Assembly (NCBI GenBank): GCA_022447545.1
Contig: JAKVBI010000019.1
Location: forward strand, 16,274-80,273
Direction: 5' to 3'
Length of the DNA: 64,000 nucleotides
Source of the DNA: Myxococcota bacterium
GTDB lineage: Bacteria; Myxococcota_A; UBA9160; SMWR01
The translations under genes were made by a program, and so were the position numbers. Positions 55,282 through 64,000 of this stretch are shown in pieces. Under the pieces are notes generated by a model. The model had not been told where the DNA came from and did not search any database. It was given only the letters and a program-made list of their open reading frames with translations. Position 1 is the stretch's first letter. The number at the start of each line of letters is the position of its first letter.

Positions 55282-56232
55282 TCAGCCCAGGCGACCGGCG
55301 GCTTCGGCTCGCTTGCGTCCCCGCTCCACCATGTCCCGCCAGTTTTTGCGAATCATCCTCAGGTAGGGGGGAGGAGGATCCGGTAGCCAGGTGGTGTGCT
55401 CTGGCGGATCCGGCCAGCGGTAGGGGAGATGTTCGACCCAGCCTGGCTCCGGCGCAGATTCGAAGAGGGCGAGAGTGTCGAGCAGGATCTGGCGGTGCAG
55501 CGCGGAGTCTCCCACGATTCCCAGGGGTCGGCCCATGGGGAATTCGATGGCGGCTACCCGGGGCATTCCGACGATGCGATGGAGTGACCAGATCGAACTG
55601 AGGACTACGGTGGGAATTCCCGCCTTCTCGATTTCTCTTGCGACCAGACCGGCCGTCAGTTGGCACTGGGGTCAGACGGGGACCAGCAGGGCGAGGTCCA
55701 CCTCCTCCGAGACCATGGCTTCGGCGATGGCGGTGCAACTGGGCTCCAGTCGACGCAGGTCCGGACCCTGAAATCCCATGATGGAGTAATGGCTCGGCGC
55801 GGCCTCTCCGATCGTTTCCTCCCGTTCCAGTTCTCGGAGCAGCGGAACGGGGAAGCAAACGTCGGGATCGGCCAGCACGTGACTCGTCTCGATGTGGAGG
55901 TGGTCGGCTTGGAGGGTCTCCGCTGTCACGTCGCGTTGCAGCCGGCGCCAGGTCGGATCCCCCCAGGTCGGTCGGCGTCGTTCGGTTTCCATGTCGAACC
56001 GGGTGTCGCCTTTCATGGAGAGGCCCGCGGTGGACACCACGCTGATGCGGCTCTGGGACAGGCTCTTCTCGACCGGTGCCCAGGGGATGTCCTTTACCGC
56101 TTCGCCATAGCGGACGTTCGATCTCAGGAGTTCGAAGAGCGCCACTTCGAGAAATCGATAGGGGTCGCATTCACCGGGGCGCGGAGGGTCACCCCAGCGG
56201 CATTCGCGATCTCGGAAGGGGTTGCTGCCCAT
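55282..56232 (-). CDS. PrdB/GrdB-family (glycine/sarcosine/betaine/D-proline reductase B-like) protein, candidate selenoprotein with in-frame TGA at 55672..55674
   Basis: ORFs 55672..56232 and 55282..55566 are in the same frame, and the 35 codons between them contain no stop. Read-through gives DLALLVPV-U-PQCQLTAGLVAREIEKAGIPTVVLSS...MPRVAAIEFPMGRPLG. This parallels the PrdB region LTAGUGTCHRSAVIVQRAIEEAGIPT...PRAVAPLVPMG as I remember it. Confidence 0.75.
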
Positions 56233-56351
56233 GTCGAAGCCTGCCTCTTATGCGCGTCGGGATTCTCTGGATTCTGGCACCAGCTTACCGAATCACCGAC
56301 GCTCCCCATGCCGTGCTCTCCATGGAAAGTCGGTCGGGTCCGAGGCGTCGG

Positions 56352-57299
56352 TCACGGGTCGTCGGACTTTCGGTTCGACTCGAGGGATTTGGCCTGTTGT
56401 CCCAAAAACCGGTTCAGCTGGAAGTCGAAGCGGCTGGTGGCACCCCCGCCGCGGATGCGGGCGTAGGGTGCCCAGCGGGGCGGGCTCGCAGCTTCGGGAA
56501 TGTCTCCCATCACGGTGACCCGCTGGATGATCCGCTCGCCTTCGAAGTCGTTGAGGACGAAGTGTTGGGTACAGCGATTGTCCCACATGGCCACGGTGCC
56601 CTCGCTCCAACGACGACGTACCGTGAAACGTGGACTCGACATCCACCGCGTCAGGTGGCCGAGCAGTAGTTCGCTCTCCTCATGGCTGAGTTCCACGATG
56701 CGTCGGGTGAAGTGTTCGTTGACAAACAAGGATTTGCGTTTCGTCACCGGGTGGATGCGTACCACCGGATGGATCGTCATTTCCTCGGGCTTGCCATGGG
56801 GGGTGGCATCATGCAAAGCCGTCAACCCCTCGCAAAGCTCCTGGAGCGGAGGTGAGAGTTCGTCGTAGGCCTTGTAGGCATTGGTCCACATCGTGTCGCC
56901 ACCCACCTCCGGGCACTTCACCATGTGGAGGATGGCGAGAATCGAAGGCTGGGAACGGAACGTGATGTCGCTATGCCACTCGTCGGCAATGCCGCCACTG
57001 CTGGCTGCCAGTTCGAAGATCTCGGATTGATCGGAGAAGGGGTTACGCAGATTGGGGTGCCCCTCCAGTTGTCCGAAGTGCCGACCGAAGGCGATGTGCT
57101 CCTCAGGTGTGATGCTCTGGTCTGGGAAGAAGAGCACGAGGTGCTGGGTCAGCAGGGAGAGGATCTGTTCCGCCTCCATCGGGCCAACCTCGCGAAGCGA
57201 GATGCCTCGAACTTCCGCCCCGAGAGAAGCCGAGAGGGGGACAACCTCCGGTGTTTTCTCGAGGTTGGTGACTTCATGTGCAGAACTCATGCTCTTCAC
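56352..57299 (-). CDS. TauD/TfdA family Fe(II)/2-oxoglutarate dioxygenase
   Basis: 315 aa. WHSDITFRSQPSILAILHMVKCPEVGGDTMWTN and HPVVRIHPVTKRKSLFVN. Confidence 0.88.
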   Translation of the reverse strand: MKSMSSAHEVTNLEKTPEVVPLSASLGAEVRGISLREVGPMEAEQILSLLTQHLVLFFPDQSITPEEHIAFGRHFGQLEGHPNLRNPFSDQSEIFELAASSGGIADEWHSDITFRSQPSILAILHMVKCPEVGGDTMWTNAYKAYDELSPPLQELCEGLTALHDATPHGKPEEMTIHPVVRIHPVTKRKSLFVNEHFTRRIVELSHEESELLLGHLTRWMSSPRFTVRRRWSEGTVAMWDNRCTQHFVLNDFEGERIIQRVTVMGDIPEAASPPRWAPYARIRGGGATSRFDFQLNRFLGQQAKSLESNRKSDDP

Positions 57300-57350
57300 T
57301 ATACCAGTCGGACCCCAGGGCCGCGTCGGCCGGCGTCGTTCCCCACAGGG

Positions 57351-58238
57351 TTAGCGGGATTGGGTCAACCAGTCTTCCAACAGCCGATTGACGGTGTCCG
57401 GGACGTCCTGTTGAACCCAGTGGGACGCGTCGGGGAGGTATTCGAGGGTCAGGTCGCGTACATACTCTTCCGTTCCGTAGGTGGTCTCCTTGAGTAGCGC
57501 GATGTCCTGTTCGCCCCAGATCATCAGGGTGGGGGTTTCGATGACGGGCCATCCCAGCGCATCCTGGCGTCCCTTTCCGCCGCGCAGGAGCGCTCGGTAC
57601 CAATGGATCATTGCGCGTGCCGCACCCGGGCGCATGACGTTGGCGGCGTAGATTGCCTGGTCGTCCCGACTGAAGCGCTCGGGATGAACGGAAGTGCGCG
57701 CGAACATCTCACCCACCCGAGCGCCCTGGTTCAATGTCAGCATTCTCTCGGGCAGCCAGGGCAACTGGAAGAAAAGCATGTACCAGGAGCGCAGCATCTG
57801 ACGGGGATGATTGCGCATGCGCGCCGAGACGTTCCCCGGGTGCGGAACGTTCATGATGACCAGGCGCTCTAGGGCAGTGGGATGTCGTGTGGCGAAGACC
57901 CAGGCGACGATGGCTCCCCAGTCGTGTCCCAGCAGGGTGATCTCGTTGGCGCCAGACTCCTGGATGAGTCCCGCTACGTCCGCAACGAGTTTCTCGATCG
58001 CATAGGATTCGACGCCGAGAGGCTTGTCGCTTTCGCCGTAACCGCGGAGGTCCGGGGCCCAAACGCGGTACCCGAGGTCTGCGAGCAGAGGCATCTGGTG
58101 ACGCCAGGAATACCAGCACTCGGGAAACCCGTGGAGGCAAAGGGCCAGCCGTGTTGCACTGGGATCGCGTTCGATCTTGGCCACGTGGAACCGCAACCCC
58201 TCTGGGGTGGACACGAATTCGTGCTGGATTTCGCTCAC
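57351..58238 (-). CDS. alpha/beta hydrolase (epoxide hydrolase / haloalkane dehalogenase-like)
   Basis: LCLHGFPECWYSWRHQMPLLADLGYRVWAPDLRGYGESD and nucleophile elbow LLGHDWGAIVAW. Confidence 0.88.
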   Translation of the reverse strand: MSEIQHEFVSTPEGLRFHVAKIERDPSATRLALCLHGFPECWYSWRHQMPLLADLGYRVWAPDLRGYGESDKPLGVESYAIEKLVADVAGLIQESGANEITLLGHDWGAIVAWVFATRHPTALERLVIMNVPHPGNVSARMRNHPRQMLRSWYMLFFQLPWLPERMLTLNQGARVGEMFARTSVHPERFSRDDQAIYAANVMRPGAARAMIHWYRALLRGGKGRQDALGWPVIETPTLMIWGEQDIALLKETTYGTEEYVRDLTLEYLPDASHWVQQDVPDTVNRLLEDWLTQSR

Positions 58239-58407
58239 TCCCTCTCCTCCGTGTTCGCGAGTTCGCCCGGGTGTGCGCAGGGGACTCGATGGTGAGGGCG
58301 CCTATTCGGTGACCGCGTCGAGTGCTCACTCGAGATGCATTCCGGACCTACAGCGCCGATTCCTTCTCGGGGGCCTGATGACAGTGCACCGTTGCGAACG
58401 CGGCCCG

Positions 58408-58857
58408 CTACTGGAGGCCGATGTCCTTGGGTGGGCACGAGTACGCGTTACCCGTCTTGGTGACGTCAGTTTGTGCGCTGTAGTAGTTTCCGGTTCCATC
58501 GAAGCTACTGCCGGAACCCGTCTGGCCGGCGGTTTCACTCTGGATGGATACGTAGTTCGCGCCGAGTGCGTGGGCCCGGTTCCGGACGTCGTTGAGCGCT
58601 CCCTCGGCGAGATTCTGATTGCTCGTATAGCGACCACTGATGATCCCACCCTGGGCACCGACCACTGCCCCGACGAACTTGCAACTCTTGGGCGGAGCCT
58701 GGCGGGCCACGATGACTCTCTCAGCACCTGGCTGAAGGGGAGTTGCCGCGCATCCGCCGATTGCGGCGGAGAGAATCACTAATCCAAACCATGCCGGAAT
58801 TCGTTGGCTGACGGTCGCGTGGCGAATGCGCCTTTGGTGCGGATGCATGTGCTTCAT
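58408..58857 (-). CDS. DUF4156-like lipoprotein
   Basis: The ATG at 58857 is preceded by GAGGAG. Signal with AIGGC lipobox-like site. CKFVGAVVG...ALNDVRNRAHALGANYV pattern. Confidence 0.6.
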   Translation of the reverse strand: MKHMHPHQRRIRHATVSQRIPAWFGLVILSAAIGGCAATPLQPGAERVIVARQAPPKSCKFVGAVVGAQGGIISGRYTSNQNLAEGALNDVRNRAHALGANYVSIQSETAGQTGSGSSFDGTGNYYSAQTDVTKTGNAYSCPPKDIGLQ

Positions 58858-59028
58858 TCTCCTCGTGCTCCCGACACTGGAAGCGTTGCGATGGCTTGTC
58901 CCAGATTCTCTCCAAAAAATCCAATAGGGAGAGGATCGCCAGGGTTGTGGAAAACATAGGCCACGTAATTTCAATTGGCAGTCCTGGAGGAACAGGGCGC
59001 CCTGCCTCTGGTTCACTTCGGTAGGGGG

Positions 59029-60987
59029 CTAGCGTATGAGTTGGTTGGGCTCGGGTCGGGCTCTGCGCGAGAGTCGATAGATTGTGTGACTTCCCAGTCG
59101 CGCCGTTGCCTGAGCATTTCTTTCGAAGTGTGTCTCGTCGAGTGCTGGAAATTCCGCGTGTTCCCGAGGTCCAATGACCACGTAGTCCACCTCGTAGCGG
59201 TCGAGCAGATCTGCGGTCTCTGCGTCCCCTTCGAACATTCTGGCGACGTCCGTCGCTCGCTGCTCGAAGGGGATGCCGTGGTTGTAGAGCCAGCGCTTCG
59301 AACCCAGCACGATCTGTCGACCCGACAGCATGGGAACCGGGTGGTGCATGTCCGAACCTGTCAGGAATACGGCGTCGACGGGTGTCTGATCGCGCACGAA
59401 TTCTCCCACCCGCACCTCCTCGTGGCTCAGCATCACGGAATTCCCGAGGACCTCATGGGTCACCGCCAGAGCTCCCGACAAACACATCGTGAGCGTCAGC
59501 AGGGCAGGTGCCCATTTTCGGCGCCCTGTGTCGAACCACACCCCCAACCAGCGTCCCACCAGGATCGCGCCGCCCAGCTGGAAATACGCCAGAAGTTTGA
59601 TGTTCTCGTACGCGAGAGGGGTCACGGTGACGAGGTTTGCCAGGGGGAAGAGGGCCACGAGAGGACCGCTTGCCCAGCGCAGGTGGCGTGGTGCCTTCCA
59701 CCAGGCGATCGGCACCAACAGGAGGAAGGGGGCGGCGTTCCAGATCCAGAAATGCAACCAATCGAGGGGGGTCTCGGCCGAGCGGGGCCAGCCCGCGAGC
59801 AGACGCAGGTGGCTGGGTGCCAGGGACAGGTGTTGCCAGATCCAGACCAACTGGGGCAGAGCCAACAGGGTCGAGAACGCCCCGAACCAGAGCCAGCGTC
59901 TCCGTACCGCTCTCCCGTTGCGCCGCAGGTCGGCCCACGCGTAGAAGACACTGGCGAGTCCGACCCCCAGAAACGAGTGCGAGTGCACCAGGGGAAGACT
60001 CCCCAACAATGCGCCGGCCAGAGCCAGGCCGAAGGTCTCGTCGTTATGTCTCGAGGCCGTAGTCAGCAGCCAGAGCACTGCGACCCCGATCGCCATGCCA
60101 TAGGGGGCTGATCGCGAGGCGAGGAATTGATTGCCGATCACATTGGCGTAGGCGAGGAGCGGGTCGGCGTTGCCATAGGTGTAGTTGGTTTTCAGGGCGG
60201 CTTGGATCGAGGTTCCCGCCCAAAGATCCTGAAAGAACAAAGCGAAGCCGAGCCCACCGGACAGTAGGAACAAGGCGAGTGCCAGGTAGGCGGCGCTGCG
60301 CGGTGCATCGTCGGTCAGACGGCGCGCCAAGGCGAACGACATGAGGCCGAACACCGAGATGGATACCCAGGCGCCGAGTGCGAAGGCTTCCCTTGGGGTC
60401 AGACCCAGGCTGCGAAAACTCGCGACCGAGAAGTCCGAGACGAAGGGGTACGCGAGGGGCCAGCCGGCAAAGAACGGATACTCGGGTGGGTGGAGATTTC
60501 CACGTTCGAAAAAGGCACTGGCCAGGGAGGCGTGGAGCGTGAGATCTCCCCAGGTGGTTCCCGCCGAAAACAGCGATCCGCCCGGGCCGACCCGAAAGAA
60601 GTGGTTGTGGACCAGGTAGGTGAGCAGCCCGCCAAGGATCATCAGCGCTAGGATCAGGCGGCTTCCTGCGCCCCGGTTTCTAAGCGCCTGTGCGAACCCC
60701 TTCGCGTCGGCACCCAGGCGTTCGCGTCCTCGTCGGTTGACGTGGAGTTCCCAGGCCGCCAAGACCAGGCTGGCGAAGACGGCGCCCTGAGAAGCAGTGG
60801 TGACGCCGGCCGCGCCCGTACCGATCCCGGGCATCAGCGCGAACAGCAGGGGGAGCCAGAGGACGAGGGTCAGCCCCAGTACGTTTCCCAGGGCCAGGCG
60901 TTCGTGGGCACGGAGGGGGAGGGACAAACGGGTCGTCAGCAACACCCCCCACAGGACGGCCGCCGCCAGTTGCAGAACTGCCAGCAC
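59029..60987 (-). CDS. large polytopic membrane protein (GT-C glycosyltransferase-like / DUF2298-like)
   Basis: 652 aa with many TM segments. Loop WGDLTLHASLASAFFERGNLHPPEYPFFAGWPLAYPF. C-terminal soluble part ending DLLDRYEVDYVVIGPRE, as in DUF2298/PMT-like proteins. Family assignment tentative. Confidence 0.45.
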   Translation of the reverse strand: MLAVLQLAAAVLWGVLLTTRLSLPLRAHERLALGNVLGLTLVLWLPLLFALMPGIGTGAAGVTTASQGAVFASLVLAAWELHVNRRGRERLGADAKGFAQALRNRGAGSRLILALMILGGLLTYLVHNHFFRVGPGGSLFSAGTTWGDLTLHASLASAFFERGNLHPPEYPFFAGWPLAYPFVSDFSVASFRSLGLTPREAFALGAWVSISVFGLMSFALARRLTDDAPRSAAYLALALFLLSGGLGFALFFQDLWAGTSIQAALKTNYTYGNADPLLAYANVIGNQFLASRSAPYGMAIGVAVLWLLTTASRHNDETFGLALAGALLGSLPLVHSHSFLGVGLASVFYAWADLRRNGRAVRRRWLWFGAFSTLLALPQLVWIWQHLSLAPSHLRLLAGWPRSAETPLDWLHFWIWNAAPFLLLVPIAWWKAPRHLRWASGPLVALFPLANLVTVTPLAYENIKLLAYFQLGGAILVGRWLGVWFDTGRRKWAPALLTLTMCLSGALAVTHEVLGNSVMLSHEEVRVGEFVRDQTPVDAVFLTGSDMHHPVPMLSGRQIVLGSKRWLYNHGIPFEQRATDVARMFEGDAETADLLDRYEVDYVVIGPREHAEFPALDETHFERNAQATARLGSHTIYRLSRRARPEPNQLIR

Positions 60988-60999
60988 GATTCCGTGACT

Positions 61000-61245
61000 T
61001 TATCGGTGGCCTCGGCGCGCGGCCAGTGACCCTCGCCCCGAGGGATCGGGTCTCGCGTGTCCGCTCAACTCCCGTGCACTTTCTGGGCGGGTGTGGCTTT
61101 GGCGATCACCTCGTGCACTGCGTCTCCCACCTCCGAAGGCACCCAGCGTGCAGCCTTGTCGACGCTTGGCCCGCTGCGCCAGCCATCCCCCCACCACGCA
61201 CCCGAGGCCGCCGGCTCCGAGTACGCAGATGTGGGGAGTTTCCAC
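61000..61245 (-). pseudogene. possible remnant of an NAD(P)/FAD-binding oxidoreductase N-terminus
   Basis: The GTG-initiated ORF begins ETPHICVLGAGGLGCVVGGWLAQ (Rossmann GxGxxG). It then degenerates into Arg/Gly-rich sequence and stops after 81 aa. It lies in a 430-nt gap between genes. Confidence 0.25.
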
Positions 61246-61418
61246 GGGGCACTACCTCTGGATCTCGCAGTTGCTGGATCGACGGGATCCGAGCGCTTGC
61301 GTTACGTGGGTGATGAGACTGCCGGGCGCGATGCGAGTCCTCTTGCATCCTGCCGACGCGCTCGATCGAGACGCCCCGGTGCGTGCCTTTGTGTGCGCGC
61401 AACTGCCATACTGGTCCC

Positions 61419-62207
61419 ATGTCGGACGAACGTGTCGAATTGGGCCACGCCATCATCTCCTTCGTGGAGCCCCATCCGGGCTACGAGCTGGCGTGGAACC
61501 GTTGGTATGAGCGCGACCATCTGATCGCAGCAGGAACTGGCGCGCCCTTTACGATGGCGCTTCAGCGTTGGCTGGCCACGCGACGCCACAAAGCGGTGCG
61601 CGTGCCCCATGACAATCCCATCGCACAGCCGCCCGAGCGTGGGACGTTTCTGGCCGCCATGTGGATCCAGAAGGATCACCTCGTCGACCAACAGGCGTGG
61701 GTCGCCGAGCAGATGAAGATGCTCGCCGAGCAGGACCGCAACTTCGACCAGAGGGACGTGTTGAGCACGGCGAGTTGGGACTATCTGGGGGGCGCACTGC
61801 GTGATCCCGATGGCGTTCCGCCGGAACTGGCCCTCGATCGCCGGTACGAGGGGATCGTGCTGGTCTGGCTCGAATGCCGTTCCGGAACTTCCCCTCAGGC
61901 TTTGAGCGAGGCATTGAGGGACCAGGTGCTGCCGTCCATCCTGGATCAGTCGCCCATCGCCCAGGCTCTGTGCTTCACGCCGCTGCCCAAGGCCGACTGG
62001 TGGCCCAAGGCGGCGCCTGAGGTTCCCGGTGTCGGTACGCGTGTGCTGGTGGCCTGCTTCGTCGAATGCGACCCCCTGGACGCATGGAGTGAGCACTTCG
62101 CCGAGCTGACTTCGGATCTCGAAGCAGAGGGGCTCTGCGAGGTTCTACTCGTTGCGCCCTTCGTTGCGAGCGTGCCGGGCGTCGATCCAGACCTCGACGA
62201 ACTCTGA
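61419..62207 (+). CDS. hypothetical protein
   Basis: 262 aa from the ATG at 61419 (MSDERVELGHAIISFVEPHPGYELAWNRWYERDH). High GC3. No family recognised. Confidence 0.6.
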   Translation: MSDERVELGHAIISFVEPHPGYELAWNRWYERDHLIAAGTGAPFTMALQRWLATRRHKAVRVPHDNPIAQPPERGTFLAAMWIQKDHLVDQQAWVAEQMKMLAEQDRNFDQRDVLSTASWDYLGGALRDPDGVPPELALDRRYEGIVLVWLECRSGTSPQALSEALRDQVLPSILDQSPIAQALCFTPLPKADWWPKAAPEVPGVGTRVLVACFVECDPLDAWSEHFAELTSDLEAEGLCEVLLVAPFVASVPGVDPDLDEL

Positions 62208-62232
62208 TCGAGCCCTCGGGCGCGCAGCGGAT

Positions 62233-63123
62233 TCAGCTCCCGAGGGCGGTGTCCGGTGCTCCCAGGTCGCGCACCACACGCGCGATGAGACGATCGGGCC
62301 AATTGGTCGTCATGCCGTTGGCACCGAGACGGATCGCGAGATCCATGTCTTCGTCGGAGGTGATGTACCAGACCCTCGCTTCGAGTCCCTTGGACTGGGC
62401 GACCGAGACATTTTCTTCCGAGAGATCCCGAACCGGGATTCCCACCTGCTGAAAGCCCTCGGCCAGGGCCTGGTCGATGCCTTCGAGGTAGTTGCCCGGC
62501 AACAGCCAACAGATGGGGACCTGCGCATCGAGCGCCCGGAATCGACGCAGCTGCTCGAGGCGGAACGAGGTCATCATCACGCGGTCGCGAAGACCCGCTG
62601 CCTCGATGACGTCCAGCGTTCGACGGGGGAGCTCTGCTTGGTCGTCCTTGAGTTCTATGTGGTAGTAGAGCGAGCGGCCCATGGTTTCGAAGAGCTGCTT
62701 CAGGCTGATCAGCCCGGTACCCGCGTAGCGCACTTCGACCTCGGGGTGCGCTTTGTCGAACCAGGTCCCGATATCCGTGTCCAGCAGTTCCGCCAACGTG
62801 TAGTCGCGAGGTACACCGGTTCGATTCGTCTTTGTGTCCATCTGGGTGTCGTGAAAGAGAGCCACCTCGTCATCGGATGAGAGCACGACATCGATCTCCA
62901 CCTCGAAGGCGCCCATGCGATGGGCCAGCTCGAAGGCGGGCAGAGTGTTCTCGGGCGCGTAGGCCGAGGCTCCACGATGGGCGATGACGTGGAAGGGAAT
63001 GGAGTAGGGGACGGAACTGCGCGGGGGCCGGGACGCGCTCTCACTACCCATCCGCCGGAAGGTAAGGCAGATCGGAACCGGGATCCATGCAGCCATGCGG
63101 CTCGAAGGCGCGAGCCTTGTCAC
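62233..63123 (-). CDS. glycerophosphodiester phosphodiesterase family protein
   Basis: VIAHRGASAYAPENTLPAFELAHRMGAFEVEIDVVLSSDDEVALFHD. Start uncertain (63123, 63096 or 63051). Confidence 0.88.
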   Translation of the reverse strand: MTRLAPSSRMAAWIPVPICLTFRRMGSESASRPPRSSVPYSIPFHVIAHRGASAYAPENTLPAFELAHRMGAFEVEIDVVLSSDDEVALFHDTQMDTKTNRTGVPRDYTLAELLDTDIGTWFDKAHPEVEVRYAGTGLISLKQLFETMGRSLYYHIELKDDQAELPRRTLDVIEAAGLRDRVMMTSFRLEQLRRFRALDAQVPICWLLPGNYLEGIDQALAEGFQQVGIPVRDLSEENVSVAQSKGLEARVWYITSDEDMDLAIRLGANGMTTNWPDRLIARVVRDLGAPDTALGS

Positions 63124-63176
63124 GAGGGGCCCGACCAGAGCAACGCCGGGTCGAGAGCTGGTATTGCGCCGTCGAC

Positions 63177-64000
63177 CTATTCGGGCGAGAGGGTGCTCAA
63201 GCGCTCGACGGCGTCGAGGTAGCCCTCGACCATCTCCAGGATGACTTCCCGTGACGAACGGATGTCGTTCATCAAGCCCACGGTCTGCCCCACCGGGTTG
63301 AAGGCGACGGCCTGGGCTTGTTCCGAGGATGCGTAGCGGCTGGTTCGCGTAATGGCGTCCATGGTGACCATGTTTTGGAGCGGCATGCCCAGAGGGTCGG
63401 GTGTGTCGTCCTCAGCCCAGGCCTCGGTCCAGTCGTTCTTGAGCATGCGGCACGGCTTGCCCGTGAAGGAGCGCGAACGCACGGTGTCCTGGCTGGATGC
63501 CTGGAGGTAGGAGGCCATCTGGGCCGGAGGGCACTCGGCTTCCTGAACGGTCAGCCACACCGACCCCGTCCAGACCCCGGCAGCGCCCAAAGCCAGGGCC
63601 GCTGCCGCCTGCTGACCCGTGGCGATTCCCCCGGCCGCGAGCACCGGAACGGGGGCCACGGCCTCGATGATCTGAGGCCACAACACGAGACTTCCGACTT
63701 CGCCGGTGTGTCCACCTCCCTCGGTTCCCTGGGCAATGATGAAGTCGAGGCCGGCCTCCTTGTGTTGGAGGGCCTGATGGACCTTGCCACACAGGGCGCC
63801 GACCAGACGCCCGCTTTGTTGAACCCGTTCCACGACCTCGGGCGGTGGCGTGCCGAGAGCGTTGGCGATCACCGTGACCTTCTCGTGCTGGAGGGCCACG
63901 TCGAGCTGGGGCGTCGCCGTGGCGAGGCTCATCCCGAGCAGTTCGTGGTGTTTTTCTTCGGGTGGCATTTCGGGTACGCCGTGGTCGGCCAGGAGCTTGG
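63177..64000 (-). CDS. nitronate monooxygenase (NMO / 2-nitropropane dioxygenase) family protein, 5-prime end outside the window
   Basis: FIIAQGTEGGGHTGEVGSLVLWPQIIEAV...VLAAGGIATGQQAAAALALGAAGVWTGSVWL. The reading frame stays open upstream of the ATG at 63968 to the window edge (..KLLADHGVPEM..). Confidence 0.85.
   Translation of the reverse strand, partial: KLLADHGVPEMPPEEKHHELLGMSLATATPQLDVALQHEKVTVIANALGTPPPEVVERVQQSGRLVGALCGKVHQALQHKEAGLDFIIAQGTEGGGHTGEVGSLVLWPQIIEAVAPVPVLAAGGIATGQQAAAALALGAAGVWTGSVWLTVQEAECPPAQMASYLQASSQDTVRSRSFTGKPCRMLKNDWTEAWAEDDTPDPLGMPLQNMVTMDAITRTSRYASSEQAQAVAFNPVGQTVGLMNDIRSSREVILEMVEGYLDAVERLSTLSPE

Noticed and set aside
55094-56170. 358-aa ORF overlapping the PrdB-like gene in another frame on the same (minus) strand
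   Set aside because: Its composition is extreme (R, P, G, S runs) with no recognisable domain. It overlaps a gene with strong family similarity.
1-64000. Search for CRISPR arrays, rRNA/tRNA genes, transposases, integrases, toxin-antitoxin or defence-system genes
   Set aside because: No regularly spaced repeats, no cloverleaf-compatible sequences and no nuclease, recombinase or defence-type domains were recognised by eye anywhere in the window.

Overview
64-kb window from a GC-rich diderm bacterium. All calls were made by eye from the six-frame track and motifs I recognise, with no database search, so no taxon is assigned.

**Flagellar block (about 0.9-22.1 kb, minus strand).** This is one uninterrupted 27-gene flagellar operon. 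The order is fliQ-fliR-flhB-flhA-fliK-like-flhB(C-domain)-like-flgF-flgG-flgA-flgH-flgI-flgB-flgC-fliE-fliF-fliG(short)-fliH-fliI-fliJ-orf-flgD-flgE-fliM(short)-fliN-fliO-fliP-fliA. No intergenic gap exceeds 34 nt and many stop/start codons overlap.
- It encodes the export gate, ATPase, MS ring, rod, L and P rings, hook and sigma-28.
- It encodes no stator, filament, hook-junction or chemotaxis genes.
- The FliG homologue lacks the whole C-terminal torque domain, and the FliM homologue lacks the CheY-binding N-terminus.
- The block, together with a convergent exported protein that has a secretin-core-like region, is visibly less GC-rich than the rest of the window.

**Accessory catabolic region (22.5-64 kb).** It is rich in paralogues:
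- 3 cytochrome P450s, 2 alpha-only Rieske oxygenases, 3 PF04909-type amidohydrolases plus 1 Amidohydro_3
- 2 SDRs, a crotonase, 2 paralogous MFS transporters
- TauD, an alpha/beta hydrolase, a cupin and a DUF1329 protein

Housekeeping genes (thrS, modABC, an M19 dipeptidase) are interspersed.

**Other notable points.**
- A 17-nt motif with a perfect 12-bp palindrome core occurs twice (16/17 identical) in the two divergent promoter regions flanking a TetR gene.
- A PrdB/GrdB-family gene is read through an in-frame TGA inside a U-x-x-C motif, which makes it a candidate selenoprotein that the ORF track splits in two.
- I saw no rRNA, tRNA, CRISPR array, transposase or integrase.
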